This document shows, one piece after another, positions 23,236 to 33,104 of a stretch of DNA of 64,000 bases. The stretch spans positions 1-64,000 of IMG/VR virus record IMGVR_UViG_3300045988_132810; one strand, written 5' to 3'. The stretch comes from a virus. A program made the translations under genes and the position numbers. Numbering within the stretch: the stretch's first letter is position 1; every line of letters starts with the position of its first letter. The notes beneath the pieces were generated by a model, which had not been told where the DNA came from, ran no database searches, and saw only the letters and a program-made list of their open reading frames with translations.

Positions 23236-24264
23236 GTGGATGTACAATCTTTAAAAGAATATATATTAGACAATGAAAAATTGCTAGAGATTCTTCAGGA
23301 GATTGGATGCCACAGTATTCACGATCATGGTGGATATATTACATGCGGAAACAAAACTGGAGATAACAAATCAGCAATTGTTATTTATTTAAATGAAAAT
23401 TTAACTGTTGTAAATTACACTCGTACAATGACGAGCAGCAAAAGAACAACAGATATCTTTGATTTGATTTGTTATAACGAAGACTATTCTTTTCCTGAAG
23501 CTCTTAAGTTCTGTTGCAATTTATTTGGGCTAGATTATTATCAAGAGCCAGAAGAAGTTCCAGAATCTCTTCAAATCCTTAAAATGTTACAGCAAATGGC
23601 GACAGAAGAAGATGACTTTGATGACACTCCGCTAAAGCCTATTCCAGAAAAAATTCTATCTTATTATCTCCCTTACGGTAATAAGCAGTTTGAACAAGAT
23701 GGAATTAGTCTAAGCACTCAAAGATTATTTGAAGTATCTTTTGACCCAATGACAAACTCAATTGCGATTCCAATTAGAGATGAAATTGGGACATTGGTTG
23801 GGATTAAAGCAAGAAGAATGGAATATGACCCGGATAGTGGAATGTCTAAATATTTTTTTCTCGAACCATGTGCAAAGTCAAGAATCTTGTATGGTCTATT
23901 TCAAAATATAAAATTAATTCAACATACAGGGATAGTATGGGTTGGTGAAAGTGAAAAATTTGTGCAGCAATTGTACGATATGGGGTATTATGGTGTAAGT
24001 ACTGGTGGCACAAAAATTTCAAAAATTCAAGTTGAGATGCTAACAAGATTAAATGCCAAGATTGTTTTTTGTTATGATGAAGATGTTGATGAAGAACAAT
24101 TAAAAAACATTTCGAATATGTTCCTAAATGGGATTCCAGTATATGCAATTATTGATAAAGATCATATTCTTGACAATAAAGAATCTCCTAGCGACAATCC
24201 TGAAAAATTTAAACATCTAATTAAAAATAATATATATAGTTTGCGTGAGGATAATGACGAATAA
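23236..24264 (+). CDS. DNA primase (Toprim domain)
   Basis: GTG start after AAGGAGAG; VWVGESEKFVQQLYDMGYYGVSTGG and CYDEDVDE Toprim-like motifs. Confidence 0.65.
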   Translation: MDVQSLKEYILDNEKLLEILQEIGCHSIHDHGGYITCGNKTGDNKSAIVIYLNENLTVVNYTRTMTSSKRTTDIFDLICYNEDYSFPEALKFCCNLFGLDYYQEPEEVPESLQILKMLQQMATEEDDFDDTPLKPIPEKILSYYLPYGNKQFEQDGISLSTQRLFEVSFDPMTNSIAIPIRDEIGTLVGIKARRMEYDPDSGMSKYFFLEPCAKSRILYGLFQNIKLIQHTGIVWVGESEKFVQQLYDMGYYGVSTGGTKISKIQVEMLTRLNAKIVFCYDEDVDEEQLKNISNMFLNGIPVYAIIDKDHILDNKESPSDNPEKFKHLIKNNIYSLREDNDE

Positions 24265-24688
24265 ACAGAGAAAATTTTTTAAACATGCAAAGGCCGCTTC
24301 TGAAATGAGCAGTTTCCCAAGAGTACATATTGGTGCAATTGTTACATGTGGCAATAAAGTTGTAGGTGTAGGTTTCAATAGCAGAAAGAGTTCACCGATT
24401 CAAAAGAAATATAATAAATATAGAAATTTTGATTGTTCTGCAACCAATACAGAGCCTCTTCATTTGACACATGCAGAAGTGGCCGCACTTGGGCAGTTGA
24501 AATATATGGACATTGATGTTAGCAAATGTGAAGTATGGACATATAGAGAAAATCTAAATCATGAGCTTTCTCCATCTCGTCCATGCGCTGCATGTATGAA
24601 TTATCTCAAAGACCTTGGTATTAAAAAAATACATTATACAACTGATGGCGGATACGCCGACGAAGAAATTGTGATTAAGGAGAGTTAA
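24254..24688 (+). CDS. dCMP deaminase
   Basis: HAEVAAL ... PCAACMNYL zinc-binding deaminase signature. Confidence 0.8.
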   Translation: MTNKQRKFFKHAKAASEMSSFPRVHIGAIVTCGNKVVGVGFNSRKSSPIQKKYNKYRNFDCSATNTEPLHLTHAEVAALGQLKYMDIDVSKCEVWTYRENLNHELSPSRPCAACMNYLKDLGIKKIHYTTDGGYADEEIVIKES

Positions 24689-24690
24689 AA

Positions 24691-24870
24691 GTGTATAAGA
24701 GAAATTGTGTTGAAGTTAGTGAGGATCTATGTAAAAAATGTTTTATTAAGATCGCCAAGCCAAGCAAGAAAGAGATTAAGCATATTGTACTAACAGACTA
24801 TAATGCGACATGTGACAATTGCGGGCGAAAGGGGCCAATTGTTGATTATATTAATGATGAAGATTATTAA
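24691..24870 (+). CDS. 59-aa zinc-ribbon-like protein
   Basis: GTG 24691 after AAGGAGAG; CKKC...CDNCG. Confidence 0.4.
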   Translation: MYKRNCVEVSEDLCKKCFIKIAKPSKKEIKHIVLTDYNATCDNCGRKGPIVDYINDEDY

Positions 24871-24888
24871 TTTGGAGGAAATAAAATA

Positions 24889-25659
24889 ATGACAAATGAT
24901 CAGAAAGAATTGGTTCAGCCGATTTTAAATACGATTACGAACTCAGATATTAAAGAATTTGCAATGGTACTACTTGAAGATATGCCAGATTACATATGGC
25001 ACATTGGTGCTTCAAGTACCGGGAAATATCATCCCGCTTATAGTCTTGGAGAAGGCGGGCTTATGCGTCATCAAATGGCGGTTGTAAGATTCTTAAATTT
25101 CTTTTTTGAACTTGAGCAGTACAACAGTAAGCTTACCACGAGGCAGATGGATTTAATGCGTGTAGCGGGGTTGTTGCACGATGGTCGCAAAAGTGGTTCT
25201 CAGCAAGATTATGAAACTTCTAAATATACAAGATTTAATCATCCACTACTGATGGCAGATGAAATTAGAAAATATGATGGGAAATATTTAGATCATGAGG
25301 AAATTGAATTTATCGCTGATGTAGTCTCTAAGCACATGGGGCAGTGGTCAGAGGATAGGAAAAGCAATGTTGTTCTTCCAAAACCTAGCGATAGATTCTC
25401 TAGGATGCTACATGTTGCCGATTACCTTGCAAGTCGCAAATGCCTTACAATGGATTTTACAGGATATATTGAACCAAAAAGTACAACTATTAACCCAGAA
25501 GAATATGTGTTACCATTCGGCAAATATAGTGGGCAGAAGCTCATAGACATCTATAAAGCGCATCCTGATTATTGTGATTGGATGGAAAATAATATTCATA
25601 AGCGTGATGTTCTAGCTGTTTTAAAAATGGTAAAGGAGAAATGTAAAAATGAAGATTGA
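24889..25659 (+). CDS. HD-domain phosphohydrolase with DUF3820-like C-terminus
   Basis: KYHP...LLHDGRKSG...HVADYL HD pattern; C-terminal PFGKYSGQKLIDIYKAHPDYCDWM. Confidence 0.6.
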   Translation: MTNDQKELVQPILNTITNSDIKEFAMVLLEDMPDYIWHIGASSTGKYHPAYSLGEGGLMRHQMAVVRFLNFFFELEQYNSKLTTRQMDLMRVAGLLHDGRKSGSQQDYETSKYTRFNHPLLMADEIRKYDGKYLDHEEIEFIADVVSKHMGQWSEDRKSNVVLPKPSDRFSRMLHVADYLASRKCLTMDFTGYIEPKSTTINPEEYVLPFGKYSGQKLIDIYKAHPDYCDWMENNIHKRDVLAVLKMVKEKCKNED

Positions 25660-26059
25660 GATCCTTGCTGGTGGTAATATTGAAAAAGCATTTAAAGAAC
25701 TTAATGTAGATTTTGTTACAACATATTCTGGCGATCAATATAAAGTATGTGAAATTGATAAGAAAGACATGAAGCGCATGGAAGATTATGAAGGAGAATG
25801 GCCTGACGATTGGGGCTGGTGGAGCTTTACTAAAGGATCAAACATGGGAACTCCTTATAATTTTGTTAAGATTAATGGCCGTGATATTATTTGTTGGGAG
25901 GGCGATGGCCATTGTAACGATGAATACAATACTCTTCTAGACTATATGAGTAAAGCAATTGGGGCGTCACAGCCAAGAAATGTATGTGCTCTGGCGGTTG
26001 ATCTTGCTCGTGCGAATGGCATGTCTATGTCAGAACTGTTTAAAATCTATCAAAGATAA
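25649..26059 (+). CDS. hypothetical protein
   Basis: 136-aa ORF overlapping the upstream stop; AAGGAG RBS. Confidence 0.55.
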   Translation: MKIEILAGGNIEKAFKELNVDFVTTYSGDQYKVCEIDKKDMKRMEDYEGEWPDDWGWWSFTKGSNMGTPYNFVKINGRDIICWEGDGHCNDEYNTLLDYMSKAIGASQPRNVCALAVDLARANGMSMSELFKIYQR

Positions 26060-26099
26060 TGCATTTTATAAAAAACACAATAGTATATCAAAAAAATAT

Positions 26100-26127
26100 G
26101 GCTCCTAGGCAACTGGGAGCCTTTTTG
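26100..26127 (+). terminator. rho-independent terminator
   Basis: GGCTCC..GGAGCC hairpin followed by TTTTTGTT. Confidence 0.75.
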
Positions 26128-26131
26128 TTAC

Positions 26132-26160
26132 TTGACAATACAAAATTATTGTGATATAGT
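26132..26160 (+). promoter_or_regulatory. sigma-70-type promoter embedding the motif
   Basis: TTGACA-ATACAAAATTATTGTGA-TATAGT. Confidence 0.7.
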
Positions 26161-26181
26161 GGTATCACAAAGAAAGGGTGC

Positions 26182-27897
26182 ATGCATTTGAAATATAAAT
26201 TAACAGGCAATAATGATACTACAAATATTTTAAAAACAGTATTAAATAATAGAGGAATTGAAAATTATAATAAATACCTAGCGTTGTGTGACAATTGTTC
26301 CGACAATTGGGATAATTTAAATTCTATAGATGAAGCAGTAAATTGTTTTGATTGTCATTTTTATAATAAGCATAAAATGGCAATTTTGTCTGACACTGAT
26401 GTTGATGGAATCACAAGTGCAACAATGATGTATCAATATATTAAACTCATGGACGCAGACTATCCAGTATCAATTATTGTGCATAAGAAGAACAAGTCAC
26501 ACGGTCTAGCATCTTGGGACTTTGATATTCCAGACAATACAAAGTTATTGATTATTCCAGATGCAGGGAGTAATGATGTGGATGAATGTAAAAAGTTAAT
26601 AAACGATGGTATTGAAGTAATTGTTCTTGATCACCATCAAGTGTCTACAGACAAATTAAATCCTGCTATTGTAGTAAACAACCAAGCATCTAATAGGTAT
26701 CCAAATAAGGAAGCATGTGGCGCTCATGTTACATATAATTTCCTGCAAGCATTAGATGAGTGTTATTGGAATGATATTTGTGAAGATCATTTTACTGACC
26801 TAGTGGCATTAGCAGATATTTCAGATGTGATGTCAATGAGATCATTTAATACTCGTGCGATGGTTAACTATGGAATAAATCATATTAACAATAAAATGTT
26901 TCAAGAGATCCTTAAGGCGCAGGATTTTTCTACAAAAGGGATTGTATCTCCATTTACAATTGCATTCTACGTTACTCCTTTGATTAATGCGTTTCTACGT
27001 AGTGCTTCATTTGAGGAGCGAGAGTTGCTGGTTAATGCTTTTTGTGAATGTGAAGAAAAAACTTTTGAATATATAAAACGTGGAGAAAATTTTCCTATTG
27101 AAGAAAATATTTATCAACATTGCGTTAGGATTGCAAAATCATATAAATCGAAGCAAGATCGCGCTAGAGACAAAGCATACAAGGCATTAATGGCTTCTAA
27201 TGATTATTCTAATGATAAAGTTGCTATTGTAGATGCGACAGGTGAATTAAATTCAGCATATACAGGGCTTGTTGCAATTAAGATGTCTGAGGTGCTGAAT
27301 AAACCTGTACTTCTTGTTATAGAAACAGATAATGGATTTGCTGGAAGCGGTAGAGTTTTTGATTATTGCCCAATTGAAGACTTCAGAGAACTTGTCGATG
27401 AGTGCCCGGAATCTACTATGTCACAGGGCCATGCACAAGCATTCGGTCTTTGTTTGACTGACATTAATAAGGCACGAGAATGGTTTAATGAAAATCTTAA
27501 AGACGTATCTTTTGAAAAAATATATGTAGTAGATTTCATTGTTGATGCAGAAGATGTATCAATTTCGTGGTGCCAAGAACTTGATAAATATAAATCAACT
27601 TTTGCACATGGAGTAGACGAACCATTGTGGTTGATTAAAGATTTATATATATCTAATGATAATGCCAAAATTGTCGGCAAGAACGATGATACAATTCAAA
27701 TTTATGACGAGGATACGAATATCAAATATGTTATGTTCAAATGCGATGAATCAAATGAAGTGTTTGATTGGATAAATAATAACTTTGCAGGAGAAGAGAC
27801 GTATATTAATGTAATTGGTACATTAGGCATTAACGTATATAATGGACAAGTTTCTCCACAAGTATTAATTAAAGAATGTGAGATTAGAAAGGATTAA
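26182..27897 (+). CDS. RecJ-like DHH/DHHA1 single-strand exonuclease
   Basis: DTDVDGITS, IPDAGSND, VLDHHQ motifs in order. Confidence 0.75.
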   Translation: MHLKYKLTGNNDTTNILKTVLNNRGIENYNKYLALCDNCSDNWDNLNSIDEAVNCFDCHFYNKHKMAILSDTDVDGITSATMMYQYIKLMDADYPVSIIVHKKNKSHGLASWDFDIPDNTKLLIIPDAGSNDVDECKKLINDGIEVIVLDHHQVSTDKLNPAIVVNNQASNRYPNKEACGAHVTYNFLQALDECYWNDICEDHFTDLVALADISDVMSMRSFNTRAMVNYGINHINNKMFQEILKAQDFSTKGIVSPFTIAFYVTPLINAFLRSASFEERELLVNAFCECEEKTFEYIKRGENFPIEENIYQHCVRIAKSYKSKQDRARDKAYKALMASNDYSNDKVAIVDATGELNSAYTGLVAIKMSEVLNKPVLLVIETDNGFAGSGRVFDYCPIEDFRELVDECPESTMSQGHAQAFGLCLTDINKAREWFNENLKDVSFEKIYVVDFIVDAEDVSISWCQELDKYKSTFAHGVDEPLWLIKDLYISNDNAKIVGKNDDTIQIYDEDTNIKYVMFKCDESNEVFDWINNNFAGEETYINVIGTLGINVYNGQVSPQVLIKECEIRKD

Positions 27898-27902
27898 TCG
27901 CA

Positions 27903-28121
27903 ATGGGATGGAATAGTACAAAAGATAAACTTCCTCCAGACATGGTAGATGTTCTTGGCTATACAGATGCAGATAAATTCAAAGTCGTATCCATTAAGAA
28001 TGGAGTTTGGAACACTTATATGAATGTACTTTATTGGATGTGGCTTCCTGATAAACCAGATATTAAGTCAGAAGAGCCAACAAAAAGACGTGGTAGAAAG
28101 AAGGCGACAGATAAAACATGA
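27903..28121 (+). CDS. hypothetical protein (DUF551-like)
   Basis: 72 aa; W..KDKLPP N-terminus. Confidence 0.45.
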   Translation: MGWNSTKDKLPPDMVDVLGYTDADKFKVVSIKNGVWNTYMNVLYWMWLPDKPDIKSEEPTKRRGRKKATDKT

Positions 28122-28405
28122 CAAAAATTGATCAATATAAATGTGATTATTGTGGAGAAGTTTTCAATGATTATGACAAGTGCCTTGCACATGAATATGA
28201 GCATCAGAATGATGATGTGTCTAGAGCAAAATATTTAATCAAATATAATTTAAGAAAAGATCTTTGTGACTATTGTGAGCATAGCTACTTTGTATATGGG
28301 TGCGAGATTGATTGCCAGTTTAAGAAAAACTGCAATTACAAAAACAATTATGAATTATTTGCGCCAGTGAAACCATTCCATGATAAAAGCATTAAAGGTT
28401 ATTAA
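28118..28405 (+). CDS. hypothetical zinc-finger protein
   Basis: 95 aa; CDYCGE..CLAHEYEH. Confidence 0.5.
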   Translation: MTKIDQYKCDYCGEVFNDYDKCLAHEYEHQNDDVSRAKYLIKYNLRKDLCDYCEHSYFVYGCEIDCQFKKNCNYKNNYELFAPVKPFHDKSIKGY

Positions 28406-28419
28406 GAAAGGATAATTAA

Positions 28420-29157
28420 ATGAGCTATTGGGACTATGAAGAACCTATGTGGGAACCATCTGAAGCAGACGAACTATTTGATGAAATAAAATCAAAGCTT
28501 ATTGATGCAGCTAAAGATTCTTTGAAGAGTGACATGGAATCACTTAAAAGACGCAATGAGTATCTTGAGAAGCGCAATAAAGAGCTTGAGGACAAATCAC
28601 TAGAAGTATCAAGAAAAGAAAGTGATCTGGAATATAAATCACGAAATCTTCGTAGAGAAGTAGAAAAAGAATTTTATAAGACTGCTATTGACGATATCTT
28701 TAAGGATGCGCTTGAAAAATCTCAGCTTTGGATTGCATATAATAAACCACATGAAAAGCCTAAGTGCGACAAATGCGACGAAAATAGGAAGTGGGTTTTG
28801 ACTTGGCCTGATGGGACAACCACGAGCAAGAGTTGCACATGTTCACAGCCAGATTATTGGTATGAGCCAGAAGAGACATGGATTGAGTCATTGAGATATA
28901 GAGTTAATGACGCATATTATCCATCGGAAAGATATTATCGCCTCGATAAAAGTTATCAGTGCACTGGTGACAGCAGATGGAATGATTATTCTTATAAAGA
29001 TTTTGGGATCCAGTTTGTATATGATAAGTTCTGTGATGATGTTATTGAAAAGCGAGATCAACTCACATATGGTAAAAATATTGGATTTACATCAAAAGAA
29101 GAATGTCAAAAGTATTGTGATTGGTTGAATAAACGGAGTTTGAGAAATAAGCAATAG
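28420..29157 (+). CDS. hypothetical coiled-coil protein
   Basis: 245-aa ORF. Confidence 0.55.
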   Translation: MSYWDYEEPMWEPSEADELFDEIKSKLIDAAKDSLKSDMESLKRRNEYLEKRNKELEDKSLEVSRKESDLEYKSRNLRREVEKEFYKTAIDDIFKDALEKSQLWIAYNKPHEKPKCDKCDENRKWVLTWPDGTTTSKSCTCSQPDYWYEPEETWIESLRYRVNDAYYPSERYYRLDKSYQCTGDSRWNDYSYKDFGIQFVYDKFCDDVIEKRDQLTYGKNIGFTSKEECQKYCDWLNKRSLRNKQ

Positions 29158-29180
29158 AAATAAAGATTTGAGGTGTGTAT

Positions 29181-29381
29181 ATGAATTGGAGAGAGCAGAT
29201 TATTCAAAATATTAAAGATTGCGGACAGTCCCTTATGGATAACGCCGAGAACATTGTGGATGGTTACAAGTACGCAAGGGTATTTACTATTACTTGCTAT
29301 GTAGACGGAAATGGAGAACCCCCGTATGTCAGTGTCAACACTGATTTTTATCCTGAGAAGTTTATTGAAAGGCATATGTAA
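29181..29381 (+). CDS. hypothetical protein
   Basis: ATG 29181 after GAGGTG. Confidence 0.45.
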   Translation: MNWREQIIQNIKDCGQSLMDNAENIVDGYKYARVFTITCYVDGNGEPPYVSVNTDFYPEKFIERHM

Positions 29382-29396
29382 AAGGAGGACAAAACA

Positions 29397-29738
29397 ATGA
29401 ATAGTAATGTAATTATTGATAACCATATTACTCCCACTGACGTAAAGATTTATGTTGAAAATGGCACTCCTTATCTTGATTATACAGGTGTATGCTATGC
29501 GAGTAACGGTGACAAAATTAAAGTTCATTTTCCAAAAATTGATCTTACACTTACTAATATAACACAAGAAAAAGAATATGAAGAGTGGAAATATCAGTTT
29601 GGCTCCAGAAAAATACTTACAAAATTTAATGTTTGCGCGTCAAATGACAAATGGGCTACATTTGAAGTTATTGAACGAGAAGTGTCAAAGGAACAGCTTG
29701 AGAAGGAGCTCGGTTATAAGTTGAATATTAAGGAGTAA
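29397..29738 (+). CDS. hypothetical protein
   Basis: 113-aa ORF after AAGGAGG. Confidence 0.55.
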   Translation: MNSNVIIDNHITPTDVKIYVENGTPYLDYTGVCYASNGDKIKVHFPKIDLTLTNITQEKEYEEWKYQFGSRKILTKFNVCASNDKWATFEVIEREVSKEQLEKELGYKLNIKE

Positions 29739-29741
29739 TTT

Positions 29742-30026
29742 ATGGAAACTTATCCTCTTACAATACGTCCGAGATGCGACACAGAAGATGAATGGATTAA
29801 ATATAATCCTGTATTAAAATACAAAGAGTTTGTAGTGTCTGTTGATAAAAATGGTGCAAGATATAAAATTGGAGATGGAGCATCTAAGTATGATAAACTG
29901 CAATTTGTACCACTGGAAATGGCGATAACAAATGGAATGATATACTGCACTGGTGGCCTATATAGCTATGTAAAGATTGAACTAATAAATCCAAAAAAAA
30001 TTGAGGAGGCAAATCATGATCTCTAA
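29742..30026 (+). CDS. hypothetical protein
   Basis: 94-aa ORF after AAGGAG. Confidence 0.5.
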   Translation: METYPLTIRPRCDTEDEWIKYNPVLKYKEFVVSVDKNGARYKIGDGASKYDKLQFVPLEMAITNGMIYCTGGLYSYVKIELINPKKIEEANHDL

Positions 30027-30351
30027 GGAAGCTTTTATTAATACTATGAAGCATCTTGAAAATCTGGACACGAAAATGGCAAGAGTTGATAGTGCTCTAA
30101 AGGATCTTTGCGAAGACTTTTGTGGATTTTATATTACAGACATTTTTGATATTGTTATTAATTTGCTCGAAGAAGTGTTCCATGACCAAGAGGAATGGAT
30201 GGGTTACTTTGTGTTTGAGGAGGATTGGTTGCATGGATTTAAAATTGGAGATGTAATTGTTAACAATGTACCGGTTATTATTGATGATTGGGGAGATGTT
30301 TATGATTTTTTGATTGTCAACATGGAGGAAGAAAATGAAAAAACAATTTAA
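30016..30351 (+). CDS. hypothetical acidic protein
   Basis: ATG 30016 after GAGGAGG. Confidence 0.5.
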   Translation: MISKEAFINTMKHLENLDTKMARVDSALKDLCEDFCGFYITDIFDIVINLLEEVFHDQEEWMGYFVFEEDWLHGFKIGDVIVNNVPVIIDDWGDVYDFLIVNMEEENEKTI

Positions 30352-30634
30352 AACAGTTATTTGCCTTGTTGCTTTGACGATCTCTCTTCTATGTCTAGCA
30401 GGATGTGCCTCAACTGGTTCTAAGGATTATATAAAGAATACTAATGGTCGTTTGAGACCAACAGCTATGCAAGACCTATATTATGATACGAATACCAAAA
30501 TCGTGTATATACTTTTCAATGAATACGCGGGACATTCTGGATACGGCTATATGTCTCCTTATTATGCGCCGAATGGAATGCCTTATACTTATGATGCGTC
30601 AACTAACACTTTGAAAGAAATTGAAAGGAATTAA
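30335..30634 (+). CDS. lipoprotein
   Basis: MKKQFKTVICLVALTISLLCLAGCAS: signal peptide with LAGC lipobox. Confidence 0.65.
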   Translation: MKKQFKTVICLVALTISLLCLAGCASTGSKDYIKNTNGRLRPTAMQDLYYDTNTKIVYILFNEYAGHSGYGYMSPYYAPNGMPYTYDASTNTLKEIERN

Positions 30635-30637
30635 CTT

Positions 30638-31477
30638 ATGGACAAGACTACACTTGGTGATAGAATGAAAAACAACTACGAGAATATTAGCAGATATTAT
30701 CTAACTCGTAGAATGCCAATAATTACCCGCATTGACGGAAAGAGCTTCCACACTTTTACAAGAGGTTTTAAAAAGCCTTTTGATGACATTCTTGTAAAGA
30801 CTATGCAAGAGACTATGAAGTATCTTTGTGAAAATATTCAAGGCTGTGTTCTTGGTTATACACAAAGTGACGAAATTTCTCTTGTATTAGTAGATTATGC
30901 AGAGCTTACCACAGATGCTTGGTTTGGGAACAATCTACAGAAGATGTGTAGCGTTTCTGCAAGCATGGCTACTCTCGCGTTTAATAAAGCTTTTACTCGT
31001 AATATTTCAAAACAATCTAAACGACTTTATACAGAACACCTTGAGGAAAAAGATGCTTCTTATATTGAAACTCTTGAAATTGCAATGAATAAAGGTGCAA
31101 TGTTTGATTCTCGTGTCTTTACAATTCCAAAAGAAGAGGTTTGCAATTATATGCTATGGCGGCAACAAGACGCTACTCGCAATTCAATCCTGTCTGTAGG
31201 TCAGGCCAACTTTAGTCATAAGGATCTTCATGGTAAGTCTTGCAACAACATTCAGGATATGCTTATGACCAAGAAGGGCATTAATTGGAACGATTATGCT
31301 ACAACTTTAAAGCGTGGTAGTTGCTGCATTAAGGTTGATGATGGTCTTGCCCAGTACGATGAAGCAGGAAATATTTGTGGTTATACACAGAGAAGCCAGT
31401 GGATAATTGATAATGAAATTCCTATCTTCTCACAGGACAGAAATTATATTGAAAGACTTATTAATGTAGGAGGTTAA
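30638..31477 (+). CDS. Thg1-like protein (tRNA-His guanylyltransferase family, 3'-5' nucleotide addition)
   Basis: RIDGKSFHTFTRGFKKPFDD and GYTQSDEISLVL match Thg1/TLP catalytic-region patterns. Confidence 0.75.
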   Translation: MDKTTLGDRMKNNYENISRYYLTRRMPIITRIDGKSFHTFTRGFKKPFDDILVKTMQETMKYLCENIQGCVLGYTQSDEISLVLVDYAELTTDAWFGNNLQKMCSVSASMATLAFNKAFTRNISKQSKRLYTEHLEEKDASYIETLEIAMNKGAMFDSRVFTIPKEEVCNYMLWRQQDATRNSILSVGQANFSHKDLHGKSCNNIQDMLMTKKGINWNDYATTLKRGSCCIKVDDGLAQYDEAGNICGYTQRSQWIIDNEIPIFSQDRNYIERLINVGG

Positions 31478-31481
31478 AAAA

Positions 31482-31622
31482 ATGATTAACGATCTAATTA
31501 ATAGACTACAGAAGTGCCCTGAGTATTCGTGCTCTAGATGCACTTATTATGGAACTCCTGCTTGTGCAATCAAGGAAGCAATTGTTGAACTACGCCATTA
31601 TGAGCAGGTTATTTCTAAGTAA
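31482..31622 (+). CDS. 46-aa Cys-rich hypothetical protein
   Basis: ATG 31482 after GGAGG; below the ORF-track cutoff. Confidence 0.4.
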   Translation: MINDLINRLQKCPEYSCSRCTYYGTPACAIKEAIVELRHYEQVISK

Positions 31623-31635
31623 CGAGGGATAGCTT

Positions 31636-31842
31636 ATGAAAATTCTAGTAGATGAGATGCCATCGCGCCCAATGGATTGCCCACATTCAGAACTGAGTGG
31701 AAATATAGAATATCAATGGTGGCATTGTAATTATGGAGGTTGTGGATGTCAAAACACAAATAGCTGTCCATTCTTTATTAGCTTTGAAGACTATAAAAAT
31801 CGAACATATGAACGTACTCGTTTTACACCAATCATGGACTAG
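31636..31842 (+). CDS. hypothetical Cys-rich protein
   Basis: 68-aa ORF. Confidence 0.5.
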   Translation: MKILVDEMPSRPMDCPHSELSGNIEYQWWHCNYGGCGCQNTNSCPFFISFEDYKNRTYERTRFTPIMD

Positions 31843-31930
31843 AAGTATAAAAGCATGTTATTGCTTCTGTATTGACCATTATTGTATTATATCTGCTGTA
31901 GAAATAAAACAAAATTTTAGGAGGAATATT

Positions 31931-32161
31931 ATGATCCAATGTTGCGAATATGCTTGTCCATATAGAAATTCGTCTTCTGGATATTGTAGTCTAACTGCTT
32001 GTTATAAGCAACCAATTGTACCAAAGCATGAAAATATGTTAATTTTCCCTCATACTATAGGTAATATTACATATTACAACAAAGAAGAATTGATTAAATG
32101 GGTTGAAGACCAGCAGAAATTTAATAAAGATACCACTTATGGAGTAGGAAATTGGTGTTAA
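31931..32161 (+). CDS. hypothetical Cys-rich protein
   Basis: ATG 31931 after AGGAGG; upstream part of ORF-track 31733..32161 overlaps the previous gene. Confidence 0.5.
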   Translation: MIQCCEYACPYRNSSSGYCSLTACYKQPIVPKHENMLIFPHTIGNITYYNKEELIKWVEDQQKFNKDTTYGVGNWC

Positions 32162-32195
32162 ATAACAAATAAAAATATATTTTTAAGGTGAATGT

Positions 32196-32510
32196 ATGGA
32201 ATTGTTTAAAAAAGCATTTAGAAAGAATATGGTGACTCTTCAAAAGTTTAAGCCTATTTTTACTACTGTAGACGGTCATAGGCATACTGGTTTTGAATAT
32301 AATTATGGAATTGTAGAAAAATTGCTGTGTAGTGTTCCAGAATATATGATGATTGATATTAAAAGTGATGGTTACTTAGAAGATAATTGTGGGGTAATGT
32401 ACCCGCTGGCAAATATTGTGTCGATTGATTGGCAACTGGTAGACGAAAAAAAAGTAGAGGATAAATTTGGAGAATATCAAATTTTCGTAACAACAAAAGA
32501 TGTAGAATAA
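32196..32510 (+). CDS. hypothetical protein
   Basis: 104-aa ORF after AAGGTG. Confidence 0.5.
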   Translation: MELFKKAFRKNMVTLQKFKPIFTTVDGHRHTGFEYNYGIVEKLLCSVPEYMMIDIKSDGYLEDNCGVMYPLANIVSIDWQLVDEKKVEDKFGEYQIFVTTKDVE

Positions 32511-32535
32511 ATATGTTAAATATATGGGGGAGTAT

Positions 32536-32757
32536 ATGAAAAATATAACTTTCGAAGAAATGTTAAATATGGAAGTGCAAGACTTGTTACATGGTTATCC
32601 GTCAGGCGGTTATACATATTATTATAAAGATGGTGATGGCGGGTATCATGAAATTGTTGAATTGGATCTGTTGCGTGGTAGATTTGTGACGGATGACGGT
32701 GACTTCTCAGAGTTTGAATGGGAGCTTAAAGAGAGTCATATTTACATAGATGAATGA
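32536..32757 (+). CDS. hypothetical protein
   Basis: ATG 32536 after GGGGGAG. Confidence 0.5.
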   Translation: MKNITFEEMLNMEVQDLLHGYPSGGYTYYYKDGDGGYHEIVELDLLRGRFVTDDGDFSEFEWELKESHIYIDE

Positions 32758-32792
32758 TAAAAATTACATTTTAATATAAGGAGTTAAGGTAT

Positions 32793-32936
32793 ATGAATAA
32801 GAGTGCATGGTGGGCATGGGCAATCAGAAATAGCGTATGTGTAATTTGCTGGACTACTCTTGCGATTGTTTTAACAAGTGGTGGATATGTCTTTTCTCCA
32901 TGCTATTTCTTTGTTCTCTCCAGACTAACACTGTAA
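32793..32936 (+). CDS. 47-aa hydrophobic peptide
   Basis: ATG 32793 after AAGGAG; AWWAWAIRNSVCVICWTTLAIVL; overlaps the next ORF in another frame. Confidence 0.4.
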   Translation: MNKSAWWAWAIRNSVCVICWTTLAIVLTSGGYVFSPCYFFVLSRLTL

Positions 32937-33094
32937 AGGAATATTGTAGAATTTGCGACAAATGCGGCAAGCATAGTGAATATGCAGATAGCTACGATGC
33001 AGCATTAGACAAGGCGAAGAAAGCAGGATGGATTCATTATGCAGATGGCAATAAAGATTATTGCCCAGAATGTAAGGACAAATTAGACGAATAA
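32900..33094 (+). CDS. zinc-ribbon protein, start uncertain
   Basis: CRICDKCG...YCPECK; no RBS before either candidate ATG (32837 or 32900). Confidence 0.4.
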   Translation: MLFLCSLQTNTVKEYCRICDKCGKHSEYADSYDAALDKAKKAGWIHYADGNKDYCPECKDKLDE

Positions 33095-33104
33095 GGAGTA
33101 ACTC

